Position numbers and translations under genes: made by a program. Positions 38,313-48,294 of a stretch of DNA of 64,000 nucleotides are shown here, one piece after another (positions within the stretch are counted from its first letter, which is position 1; every line of letters starts with the position of its first letter). The notes under the pieces were generated by a model. The model ran no database searches and was not told the DNA's origin. It was given only the letters and a program-made list of their open reading frames with translations. Location of the stretch: NCBI GenBank assembly GCA_965261545.1, contig CBDHDF010000011.1, positions 608,001-672,000 on the forward strand. Direction: 5' to 3'. Source of the DNA: Bdellovibrionales bacterium. Its GTDB lineage: Bacteria > Bdellovibrionota > Bdellovibrionia > Bdellovibrionales > UBA1609.

Positions 38313-39155
38313 CTAGATTTCTCCCAAAAGCTGGCTTGTGAGGCGAAATAAGTTTGTCATAAAAAAGTTTATAATAATGATAAGAACCATACTATTGACA
38401 ACTCCCTGGTTGGTCGCCTCTCCAACTCCTTTGGCCCCTCCTTTGGTATTAAAACCCCGATTTGTGCATATTGCTGTAAAAATGAGGCCAAAAAAAGCGG
38501 ACTTCACAAGCCCTTCACCCACGTCGCTAGGGCTGAGCCAGGATTGAATCTTATCCCAAAAGATGGCTTCATCCAAAGAGAGAACATGAACACATAAAGC
38601 GTGGGAACCTAGGAGAGCCACGCTATCAAAGACACCACAGAGAAGTGGCATGGATATGAAAGCGGCAATAATCCGTGGTGCAACAAGGTATTGTATGGGA
38701 TTGATTCCCATCACTTCGAGGGCGTCGATTTGCTCTGTGACACGCATGGTTCCCAAGCGAGCCGCCATGGCGCCACCCGCGCGTGCAGCAACAATGAGCC
38801 CTGTCAAAACGGGGCCCAACTCGCGAGTGATACCGAGGGCTACTGTGGGGCCGACAAGATTGGTGGCATTGACCAGACTAAAGCCCATGTAAATTTGATA
38901 GGAAAGAGCCATTCCTGTGAAGGCGCCCGTAAGAGCAATGATAATCAGGGATTTGTTTCCAATAAACTCTATGTGTTTAATGATCTCATTCCAGCGGTAA
39001 GGCTTTGTTAAAATGAGGAGGGAGGACTGTGTTAAAAAGATACATATGCTTCCACTGCGGATGCATAATTGCTGAAAAGGGTGCCATAGAGAGAGAAGAA
39101 GCTTGTCTATGGTTCGGTTGATATGCTCTCTGTTTTGATTCCAAATTTGTGGCAT
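38313..39155 (-). CDS. mlaE: MlaE-family ABC permease
   Basis: RELGPVLTGL, GTMRVTEQIDALEVMG, GAKGVGEAT. Start 39155 overlaps the alr stop. Confidence 0.92.
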   Translation of the reverse strand: MPQIWNQNREHINRTIDKLLLSLWHPFQQLCIRSGSICIFLTQSSLLILTKPYRWNEIIKHIEFIGNKSLIIIALTGAFTGMALSYQIYMGFSLVNATNLVGPTVALGITRELGPVLTGLIVAARAGGAMAARLGTMRVTEQIDALEVMGINPIQYLVAPRIIAAFISMPLLCGVFDSVALLGSHALCVHVLSLDEAIFWDKIQSWLSPSDVGEGLVKSAFFGLIFTAICTNRGFNTKGGAKGVGEATNQGVVNSMVLIIIINFFMTNLFRLTSQLLGEI

Positions 39156-40339
39156 CAAGGGGTCCCCTTCACATACTTTCGGGGCAAGCGTGATCCCATA
39201 CAAGTAAGAATTTCGTAGGGGATGGTTCCTGATTTATCAGCCAGTTCCTGAGCGGAAATGCTATGGGGATGCCTTCCTCCAAAAAGTTCCACCTTTTGTC
39301 CGAGGGCCTCTTCGCAGCTTTGAAAAATATTTGTCAAGTTCACCATGGTATAGTCCATACAAATTGCTCCCACTTGGGGAACTCTCTGGTGATTGATTAA
39401 AACAGAGACCTTGTTGGAAAGGCTTCGGTTAAAACCATCGGCATAGCCAATGGGAATCACACCAATCAGGCTGGGACGCTTGGCTCGCCATGTCCAGTTA
39501 TAAGAAACACCTTCTCCCTGGGGAACGCGGTGGCATTGAACGACATGGCTTTTTAGACACATCACGGGAGCTAAGCTGTTTAAAGCCTCCGAAGATCGGG
39601 CAACTCTAGCGGTGTCGTCAGTTTTAGAGGGCCTAGAAATTCCAGAAACTCCAGCGGTATTATTTGAGGGCTTTAAACCGTACAAACTTAATCCTAAGCG
39701 AACTCCCACCCTTGTGCCATTGATGGGAATGGAAGTCCAGTATTCACCTAAAAAAGCAGGACTATTTAGCAAAGAAAAGGGAAGTTTTTTTTGCCTAGAT
39801 ACTTTCAATAGAGGAGCGACCTGTTTTTTGGACATATGAGAGACCTCGCTGTGAGACAGGTGTGCACATAGAGAGGTGAGGTTCAACTGCTTTGAGTTTT
39901 GAAGTAAATTCAGGCATAGGGGTATGTCTTTCAAAGCGACACCAAGGCGATTCATACCCAAGTTGACTTTGAGGTGAACATTGACAGGTTTGTGTAGGCC
40001 ATTTTCCAGAAGGGGGATTTCGCTAGGCTGTGTAATAATAGGAGTCAACCCATAGAGGTTGATGGCCTTGACAGCCTCTTTGTCTATGGGAGCAAAGACG
40101 AGGAGTTGGATATTATGGAAGCCAGCTTCTCTTAACTTGATAGCTTCTTCGATGAGAGCAACACCAAAAACTTCTTGACCTTCTTGAAGCAGTGTGCGAA
40201 CGACCTCAGTGGCTCCGTGACCATAGGCATCGGCTTTCACTATGGAGCAAAACCACCTAGACTCGGCCCTTTGTTTTAAAAGTCTAAAGTTGAAGCCTAG
40301 AGCCTCTAGATCTATTTCCAGATATGTTTGACGATACAC
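39155..40339 (-). CDS. alr: Alanine racemase, carrying a ~25-aa insertion
   Basis: VKADAYGHG, GMNRLG, IGYADG, CMD and GTIPYEILT. Confidence 0.94.
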   Translation of the reverse strand: MYRQTYLEIDLEALGFNFRLLKQRAESRWFCSIVKADAYGHGATEVVRTLLQEGQEVFGVALIEEAIKLREAGFHNIQLLVFAPIDKEAVKAINLYGLTPIITQPSEIPLLENGLHKPVNVHLKVNLGMNRLGVALKDIPLCLNLLQNSKQLNLTSLCAHLSHSEVSHMSKKQVAPLLKVSRQKKLPFSLLNSPAFLGEYWTSIPINGTRVGVRLGLSLYGLKPSNNTAGVSGISRPSKTDDTARVARSSEALNSLAPVMCLKSHVVQCHRVPQGEGVSYNWTWRAKRPSLIGVIPIGYADGFNRSLSNKVSVLINHQRVPQVGAICMDYTMVNLTNIFQSCEEALGQKVELFGGRHPHSISAQELADKSGTIPYEILTCMGSRLPRKYVKGTP

Positions 40340-40394
40340 ACTACAACTCGCTTCATTTTATTTTTTTCATTTCATTTTTTTCATTTTATTTTGG

Positions 40395-41489
40395 TCATAT
40401 TTGGCTTTGAATCTGATTTGACGCATTAACAATAAAATCAGGAACAAGGCCATGGGGCGAGGAAGCTATAAAAACTTTGTTACCAGGGGTTTTTCTCGAT
40501 TGAGCGAGTGCGTTATCTGCGGATTCCAACAAGCCATCAATGTTGCCGCAAAGAGTTGGGTATTCACTGACGCCGATACTTACTGTCATTTTTCCAAGTC
40601 GTGGCAAGACTTTAGAAAAAGTTGCCATTTCGATAATGCTTCTCAATCTCTCCGCATGGGCCATGGCCCCCTTCAGTGGAGTATGGGGTAGTATGAGGCC
40701 GAATTCATCCGCAGTCATTCGGCCAACAACATCGTTCATACGGCTATCTTTTCTCATAATCATGGCTAGCATTTTTAACAATACATCCATGTCTTTTGTT
40801 GGCATATCTTCAACGTACTGGTGAAAACGATCGATACTAACAATCAGTAAGGAGATGGGATGACTGATTCTTTTTCCACGGTGGACTTCTTCCATCAGTG
40901 TCTTTAAGAAATGACGGCGTTTTAAGAGGTGGGTTCTCACATCATACAGCGTGAGATTGTGGAGCTTTCTCTCCATAAGTATCTGTGTAACTTTGGTGAA
41001 TAAGAGGCTCTGGCACCATTGAACATAGGGGTCTTTTTGTATCCCCTTAAGATTTAAAAACAGGAATAAACCCTGAACGCTATCAGCGTCCTCATCTTCC
41101 AGGCATAGTATAGAGTAGTCTTTGACGGAAAAAGCTTCTTGTACGAATTCATCAAATTCGCTGAGTTTATTGGCTTCTCGTAGGGTATGGAGGTTCAATG
41201 TATATTTGTCTCCGGGCAACCGAATGCCAAGGTTATCAATACTCATGTCTAAGCCTATTTTTCTTGAAGCCACAAATGTGTGGTGAGCTGGAGTATATTT
41301 TAAGTAGACAATGGGGCAGGACCTTAAATATCTTGATGCTTCTTCTAAGAAATAGTCCACAACCTCTTTTATGTTGGTAAGGGCATAAAGCCTCTTAAGC
41401 CACCTTCCTTGGTAGGTCATGCTGGGAAGCTCCTCTGTTGATAGAGGTTGCTCATGAAGATGCTTATGGTTGCTCATTATTACCCCCAA
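40395..41489 (-). CDS. Degenerate GGDEF-domain protein (TADEF) with intact I-site; CdgA-like c-di-GMP receptor candidate
   Basis: SRMND (RxxD) lies five residues before TADEF; also TVSIGVS and ADNAL. Confidence 0.75.
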   Translation of the reverse strand: MGVIMSNHKHLHEQPLSTEELPSMTYQGRWLKRLYALTNIKEVVDYFLEEASRYLRSCPIVYLKYTPAHHTFVASRKIGLDMSIDNLGIRLPGDKYTLNLHTLREANKLSEFDEFVQEAFSVKDYSILCLEDEDADSVQGLFLFLNLKGIQKDPYVQWCQSLLFTKVTQILMERKLHNLTLYDVRTHLLKRRHFLKTLMEEVHRGKRISHPISLLIVSIDRFHQYVEDMPTKDMDVLLKMLAMIMRKDSRMNDVVGRMTADEFGLILPHTPLKGAMAHAERLRSIIEMATFSKVLPRLGKMTVSIGVSEYPTLCGNIDGLLESADNALAQSRKTPGNKVFIASSPHGLVPDFIVNASNQIQSQI

Positions 41490-44400
41490 ATAACTCCATT
41501 GCGACTTACGACTCTGGCCTCATCTAGCTTTAAATGGTCTTCGTCATCATCACATTCATTTTTCTCTTCACCACTATGATTAATTTCACTGTCACGATCA
41601 CTATTATCACCACTATCATGGCCGTTACTCGTAGCGATTTTTGTGATTGTTGCTGGAGGAGAAGTTTCTATGGTTGTTTCTATCGTTGATTTTATGGTCT
41701 CTTTATCATCGGCATTGAGGTTGTTGAGTGGAATGATAATCGATTCTGTTTGCTCATCCCAGTTGTCGTTTTTGTTGCTTGCAGGTTCCTCTTGGATACA
41801 CTCTTCGTTTTCTCCACTTTTTTTAGATACTAACTCTAATTTCTCTGTATCGCTATTGTTGGTTTCAACGGTATCTAAGTTGTCGCTTTCACCTTGTGCC
41901 GCCTCCACTGAAGAGCTGAAGAGCCGTGTCTAAATTGTCGCTTTCACCTTGTGCCGCCTCCACCTGAAGAGCTGTGTCTAAATTGTCGCTTTCAGAAGTT
42001 GCACCGTGGGGGACGTCATCTATGATCCCTTCGGGTTGAGAAGAATCTTGATTGTTTTCCATGATTTTTTTTGCATCTTCTGCGGAGATAAACTGTGTTT
42101 TATCTTCCCAGCTGAGATCATTGTTCAGAGCTGTGACTTCTTCGGGTTGAGAAGAGTCTTGATCGTTTTCCATGGTTTTTTTTGCATCTTCTGCGGAGAT
42201 AAACTGTGTTTTATCTTCCCAGCTGAGATCATTGTTCAGAGCTGTGACTTCTTCGGGTTGAGAAGAGTCTTGATCGTTTTCCATGGTTTTTTTTGCATCT
42301 TCTGCGGAGATAAACTGTGTTTTATCTTCCCAGCTGAGATCATTGTTCAGAGCTGTGACTTCTTCGGGTTGAGAAGAGTCTTGATCGTTTTCCATGATTT
42401 TTTTTGCATCTTCTGCGGAGATAAACTGTGTTTTATCTTCCCAGCTGAGATCACTATCCAAGGTGTTGGATAATTCTTCAGAACTCACTGAAGGCTTGTG
42501 ACTGCTTTTCAATTGAATATCGCCATGGAGAGAGGCTAACTCTTCAGCTCCCCACTCTTCTCGATCTTCCAATTCCCATTGGGATTGGGTTTGGGAGTGA
42601 GTGGCCACGTCATCGAAGGCTTCAGTGGCGTGGAGACCTGAGGTTTCTGAAGTATCTTGCAAATGTTCTTCCACTTCTACTTGTGTTTCTGCTTCTGATT
42701 GTATTGGCAGGGAGGCCATCGAAGACGGCTCTTGACGTTTTTCTTTGGCGGTTTCGGGAAAGGCAAGAGAGAAAACGTTTCCTTGAGTTGGACTTGAGTT
42801 GATTTGAAGTTCTCCACCAAAGCTTTTTATCAAACCCATAATAACTGTGAGTTTGGCCCCAAGGGGGTTATCATTCTTTTGAGGCGAGTAAGAGGGTTCA
42901 AAGATTTGGCTTAAAATTTCAGAAGGAATTTCTATTCCTGTATTCTGAATATTTAAATAAACTTTGGCTTCTTTGCTGAAGAGTTCAACGAAAATATTCT
43001 TCGTTGAAGTGTTTTCTATGGATCCAATAGAGATTTGTAAAAGGCTGTTGAACAGAATTCTGAATTGATTTTCAATTCCTTTGACATGCACTGAGTGAGG
43101 CATCTTTTTTGAAAATGTTATATTTTTGTTTTTGATGTCTTTAGGTAAAGAGTTCATCAAGTCGAGAAGAATTTTTCGAAGTTCCACATCCACCAGTGAT
43201 GTCTCTTCATCTCCGACCACCCTTAGTAGTTTTTCATTGGTGTTGTGCAGTTGGCGGGCTTCTCTTTCAACGACTCTCAAGTGTTCAACAACGTCTTCTT
43301 TAGATACTTTCTCAAGAGCCATTTGAACATGGCCAAGAATGACGGATAACATGCCTCGGGATGACTGCATGGTAGTCATGAAGATGTGATTTAAAGCCTT
43401 GTGTTCCTCATGAAGTTCGTGATTTCCCTGTTCTTCACTTAGATCTTTTAGACCTTCTTGCTGTAGTGATAATGTATTGGCGCCACCTAAACTTTCTTTA
43501 GGTGAGGAGGAGTTCATATCATTTTGTATGGCCTTCATGGCTTGTCCCATGGCCCACCAAGATTTACTATTTCCAAGAGGTTCGCCGACTGATTGACGAC
43601 GAGCCAGAGATATAACTCCGTGAAAGAGATATTCATATTGCTTAACAAAGGCTTCTTGAAGGGTGAGTAGAAAACTGATGGCAACAAGGATAACAATCAT
43701 AGCTATAATAAGAATTCGAATCAAGACATTTTGACCGATGAGGTGTATCCAACTGGGGACCATTTGGCTTACACCAACATACATATTGCTACCAATGACT
43801 TTTTCATAGGCCCCTATCACTTTGTTGGTTTTAAAATCTGTGTATTGGCCTGAACTCTGGTCATCTTGACCTTTGTTGAGAAGGATGGATTGAACAACGG
43901 CATTTCCCTCGATCTTTGTGCCAAGGTACTTTCTTTGTGAGTAGGCGAGAGCATATCCATGAGTGTCAATAATAAAGGCTTCATCCACCCCCCCCTTGTA
44001 AAGCTGATCAATATCTGCAAAAAAATGGTTTGGCAAGAATCCCACATAAATCTTATTTTGATTTTGAATGATGGCAGCAATATAGTTCGTTCCTTTAGTG
44101 AAGGTGACACTTCCAAAATAAATGGAGTCTTCCAGTGAGCGAGGTAAGGACAAGGTTTGGATTATTTTGAGAATATTGGGGGCCGACCACTCTAGAGAGG
44201 AGGAATTTAAGGGTCTTTTCCACTGGAGTATGAGGGTATCTGTGGTTGAGTACTGCCACTCAGAGATATGGACAAAAGGACTTTGGTCTTTCGTCGGGCT
44301 CTTTGTCTGCTCCTTCATCTTATTTTTTAATGAGGAAGTCCTTTTTTTTAATAAAAAGATGAACTCTTTGCGGAGGTTTTTCACCTTTTGAGCCAAGACA

Positions 44401-44564
44401 TATTGGAGGTGCTGAACACTCTTTTCCGTGGAGTTTTGTAGATTTTCGTGGGCTTGTGGAATGTGGTATTTGGAAAACTGCCAAATGGAGAATGACGCCA
44501 TAGCTAGAACAGAAGCAGTAAGTATAACAATTGGTAAAGTGCGCATACTTCCAGAATCCTCCAT
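41480..44564 (-). CDS. Sensor-kinase-like membrane protein (Cache-like, degenerate HisKA/HATPase, acidic repeat tail), split by a frameshift at ~41905
   Basis: Two TM segments; H-box lacks His (TTMQSSRGMLSVILG); NTGIEIP..IFEP and degenerate G2. ORF 41480-41908 continues the same VEAAQGESDNLDT repeat in another frame. Confidence 0.7.
41874..41993 (-). repeat. 48-bp tandem repeat (VEAAQGESDNLDTALQ); one unit is 55 bp
   Basis: TCTAAATTGTCGCTTTCACCTTGTGCCGCCTCCAC is repeated; one unit carries an extra TGAAGAGC. Confidence 0.85.
42029..42453 (-). repeat. 111-bp (37-aa) near-perfect tandem repeat, ~3.8 copies
   Basis: Units start at 42029, 42140, 42251 and 42362; they encode EVTALNNDLSWEDKTQFISAEDAKK(T/I)MENDQDSSQPE. 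Confidence 0.95.
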
Positions 44565-44946
44565 GGTGAAATAAGCTCTGAAACTTAATTCATGGTTTTA
44601 TGTTTCTTTCAAAATGACTAAATAACTTCAGTATGTTACGGTCCTAATAATCATCTGACTTTCCCTCCTGATTTTCTCGTGAACTGTCGCCACATGGAGG
44701 CTTGGTCTCTAGGACTGATTATGGTACCACCATTGAGAAAGAGAAATAACAAGTCCTAAAAGGGCAAGTTCTAGATTCTTAATTATATTAATTATAAGTT
44801 TAATATAATACTAAATCAAGAACAACAAAGGTTACAAAAGTCTTAAGGTATGTGTTTATTCGATTTGTTTGTCATTTTTTGAGGTTTGGCGGCTATTCCT
44901 AATAAATCTAGACCTCCAAAGATAGGCTTCCCCGATATAAATCTCT

Positions 44947-45006
44947 ACCGTGGAGTTGACCGTGGAGTTGACCGTGGAGTTGACCGTGGAGTTGACCGTG
45001 GAGTTG
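44947..45006. repeat. 12-bp VNTR, 5 perfect copies
   Basis: (ACCGTGGAGTTG)5, intergenic, upstream of speB. Confidence 0.95.
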
Positions 45007-45143
45007 GCAGAAATTTGCTTTCTAGGCCGATTTTACTTATAATGGTGAGTAGGGTAGTATCTGGAGGCTTCGCCATGAAACCTAAGGAACATCAATCGTA
45101 GCTTTTTGAAAGAAAAATGACAAACTAGGGTAACTCTAATAAA

Positions 45144-46376
45144 ATGTCTCTTCCATCCTACATCCTGCCTCGCACTTCATCCCATTCCTTGCCCTACTCC
45201 CTTCCGATATTTAACTCATACTCACCTTTTAGAGAATCTGAGCTGATTCTTATACCCGTACCATGGGAGGTTACGTCTTCCTATGGAGGAGGTAGTTCCA
45301 TGGGACCTGCAAGTATTCTTGAGGCCAGTTTGCAATTGGATTATTGGGACTTTGAGTTTGGCGATATTAGGGGCAAAGGTATCCATTGGGATGGCCCCCA
45401 AGATGAAGTGAAAACCAAGAGCCACAAATATAAAAATTTAGCCCAAAGAGTCATGAATTCATGGAGCGAAATAGACCCATGGAGTGAGTTGGAGGCAATA
45501 CCTGTTTTGAGTGAAGAGAACAAGAAAGAACTTGCAGCGGTCAATCAAGCAAGCCAAGAGCTCAATGACTGGCTCTATAAAAAAACTCTTGCTGTCTTGA
45601 ATGCCCCCCAAAAGGCCAAGGTGGGAATCATTGGAGGAGACCACTCCTCCCCACTAGGCTCTATAAAAGCTCATTGTGAAAAGTATCCTCAAATGGGTCT
45701 TCTTCACATTGATGCCCATGCTGACCTAAGAAAATCCTACCAGGGTTTTAAAGGCTCCCATGCCTCCATTATGAGAAATGTCATGGAGCTAGAAAAGGCT
45801 CCTTCCATTCTTACACAAGTGGGGGTGCGTGATTATTGTGAAGAAGAATTCAATTATATTTGCCAAAGAAAAGATATTCAATGTTTCTTTGATAGAGATA
45901 TAAAGAGCCAACTATTTTCAAATACACACTGGGATGATATTTGCCACTCTATTATTCAAACATTGCCTGATAAAGTTTATATCTCCCTTGATATTGATGG
46001 ATTAAGTCCTGAATTTTGTCCCCATACAGGAACCCCGGTTCCTGGAGGTCTATCCTATGATCAAACTATCCACTTGTTAAGTGTGCTTAGAAAAAGTCAC
46101 AAAACAGTGATTGGGTTTGACCTTTGTGAAGTTGCGCCAGCAGGCAAAGAAGAAAGAGTTGGAACAGATGAGAATGATGAGGATGACGAGAGCGATAAAA
46201 GTGACGCAAACAATGGTAGTAATGGAAGCGACGCAAGCAATGATATTAATGAATTTAACCAACGTAAGAGTGCAAGGGAGTGGGATGCCAACGTAGGAGC
46301 AAGAATTCTCTATCAACTTTGTGGCCTTGTTCTCCAGCCAAGCTCCACAGAAGGCTTTAGGCACACAAAGAAATAA
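45144..46376 (+). CDS. speB: Agmatinase (ureohydrolase family), carrying an acidic insertion
   Basis: GGDHS, HIDAHADLR, SLDIDGL, TGTPVPGG and FDLCEV. Confidence 0.88.
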   Translation: MSLPSYILPRTSSHSLPYSLPIFNSYSPFRESELILIPVPWEVTSSYGGGSSMGPASILEASLQLDYWDFEFGDIRGKGIHWDGPQDEVKTKSHKYKNLAQRVMNSWSEIDPWSELEAIPVLSEENKKELAAVNQASQELNDWLYKKTLAVLNAPQKAKVGIIGGDHSSPLGSIKAHCEKYPQMGLLHIDAHADLRKSYQGFKGSHASIMRNVMELEKAPSILTQVGVRDYCEEEFNYICQRKDIQCFFDRDIKSQLFSNTHWDDICHSIIQTLPDKVYISLDIDGLSPEFCPHTGTPVPGGLSYDQTIHLLSVLRKSHKTVIGFDLCEVAPAGKEERVGTDENDEDDESDKSDANNGSNGSDASNDINEFNQRKSAREWDANVGARILYQLCGLVLQPSSTEGFRHTKK

Positions 46377-46697
46377 CCTCGCGAAGCCAGAACTAAGAAT
46401 TTGGTGAAAAGTGACTACAAAAAACCTAACTTTTGGCGCCAAGAAACGAACAGAGGAGGTGAAACAAAGGAATAAGTTCGTATGTTCTGAAAGAAATGGG
46501 GTTGGGCCCTGAGGTCCAGTTCAAGATACTGGGGGATCCATGGACTTAGGTCCTGAAACCTAGTTCAAAACGCTGGGGAATGCAGGTATTTATTAAATCA
46601 TTCAAAGAGGCATCTTCAGGACGATGCGTCAATATTGTGTGGTAGGCATGGTGTTAAGGGTGGTGTCAGCAAATGTATGATGTTGTGTGATGATGGC

Positions 46698-46714
46698 TTG
46701 GCGTTATTTTTGCA
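46698..46714 (+). promoter_or_regulatory. Possible sigma-54 (-24/-12) promoter upstream of ssb
   Basis: TTGGCGTTATTTTTGCA has exact GG-N10-GC spacing. Confidence 0.35.
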
Positions 46715-46949
46715 TATGTCTTGCATATATGTGACTTCGGAAGTTATGTTTTTTGTGTGAAAGGGTTGTAGGTCTTGATTTCAAGCCATAAAGTCATTGA
46801 GCCATCACACTATGGATCACTGGCTTCCGCAATAAGGTCAAAACAAGGTAAAAGCAAAAGCATAGTTACAAGTAAGAAAGTAAAGAAACGAAAAGAAAGA
46901 AACAACGGTAAGGTTAACGTGAAAAGTTAGCGTGAAAGGAGAATCCAAT

Positions 46950-47411
46950 ATGGCAGGTATCAATAAAGTCATTCTTGTAGGTCATTTAGGCAGCGACCCT
47001 GAGGTTAAAAATCTTTCCAGTGGCCAGATGGTCACTCAGTTCAATCTTGCCACCAGTGAGGGGTGGACGGGTAAAGACGGGCAAAAGCAGGAGCGTACGG
47101 AGTGGCACCGTGTTGTCGTGTGGGGAAAGTTGGCTGATATTTGTGGTAAATATTTAAGCAAAGGGCGTCAGGTGTATGTGGAGGGCCGCCTTCAAACCAA
47201 TTCGTGGGAAGATCAGCAGGGTCAAAAGCGTTATACAACTGAAATTGTAGGCTCTACAGTTCAATTTTTAGGGTCCCGTGGGGAGCAGAAACCGAGTTCC
47301 ATGGCAACGGCCAATGACAATGCGGTGGATTCCACGGGCAATGGTCATATGGGTTCGCAAAATTTTGGTCCAGAACCTTCCTTTGATAGCAACGAAGAGG
47401 TGCCATTTTAA
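46950..47411 (+). CDS. ssb: Single-stranded DNA-binding protein
   Basis: [22 protein letters not shown] and C-terminal EEVPF; RBS AAGGAG. Confidence 0.97.
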   Translation: MAGINKVILVGHLGSDPEVKNLSSGQMVTQFNLATSEGWTGKDGQKQERTEWHRVVVWGKLADICGKYLSKGRQVYVEGRLQTNSWEDQQGQKRYTTEIVGSTVQFLGSRGEQKPSSMATANDNAVDSTGNGHMGSQNFGPEPSFDSNEEVPF

Positions 47412-47425
47412 TGATTTTTTTTGGG

Positions 47426-47460
47426 GGGCCCTCCTCAGAGATCTTCTCGTTGAGGGCCTT
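47426..47460. terminator. Hairpin downstream of ssb
   Basis: GGCCCTC...GAGGGCC stem just after the stop codon. Confidence 0.45.
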
Positions 47461-47652
47461 CTGCTGTCTCCACCATGGGCGACTTTTTAAGTTCAAACTG
47501 AATGAACTTTTGCAAACTGAGTTATTTCATATTGTAAACCCAGCATTTAGTTTAGTTTGTCCATATTATCTATAGGTTTCATTGGTCGATGTTCAAAAAG
47601 CCTACTAATATTTATCCATTAGGAGAAAGAGGTTGAGGGGATATATAATTCG

Positions 47653-48186
47653 ATGTGGTATAAACCAGTAAAGTATATGATAAGTTATATCAGACCCTGT
47701 TGCTTACAACAGATCACTTTCTTTTCGCCCTTCATACCCTTACCATTTTTTCTACCCTTTCTCCTATGCTTTCTTCTGGGCTGTGAGCTTTACCAATCCC
47801 CCCTTCGCCTATGTGTCAAATCTCCAACAAAGAAGAATTGTAAACAACTTACCATTGATTTTTCGAAAAGCCTCAAAGCCAATGCTAAAAAACACTGTCT
47901 TTTTAGTGAAAGTGATGTGGTTTTTCTCAGTGAGATGAGTGTTTTCGATGAAGGGCGGTTTCCCCCAAATCCGGTTCTTCAGAGTGAGGAGGAGGGGCTT
48001 CGTGTGCGGAAAAAGGGTGATCTTGCCCATGTGGAAATTTCTGTGAATGATCTTGACCCTTTGGTATTTCACTGTGTCTTTGACGTCGCCAATGTTTCCA
48101 AGGAAGTTTATATTCCCTTGGCCCATGATCTCGTGGAGACACTATATATGTCCCATTTAGGTCTAGGTCCCAAGAGGTTTCATTAG
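47653..48186 (+). CDS. Hypothetical lipoprotein
   Basis: Hydrophobic stretch ending LLGC; start uncertain. Confidence 0.5.
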   Translation: MWYKPVKYMISYIRPCCLQQITFFSPFIPLPFFLPFLLCFLLGCELYQSPLRLCVKSPTKKNCKQLTIDFSKSLKANAKKHCLFSESDVVFLSEMSVFDEGRFPPNPVLQSEEEGLRVRKKGDLAHVEISVNDLDPLVFHCVFDVANVSKEVYIPLAHDLVETLYMSHLGLGPKRFH

Positions 48187-48294
48187 AGATTTCATTGTTT
48201 TTTTTGAGTTGATGGAGCAGGAAAAGCAGTTATTGGCTGTAATTTGAACACAAGCATAACGACAATAATATAAAATATAAAGGGGAAAAGAAAG

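Noticed and set aside
42029..42453. 111-bp repeats as DGR template/variable repeats or a CRISPR array
   Set aside because: They are head-to-tail in-frame coding repeats with few differences that are not adenine-specific. There are no spacers and no intact reverse transcriptase.
42006..42473. 155-aa Cys/Phe-rich plus-strand ORF
   Set aside because: It is the antisense reading of the 111-bp repeat.
44886..45101. 71-aa ORF with RGVD repeats
   Set aside because: It is open mainly because of the 12-bp VNTR, starts with TTG and has no other coding evidence.
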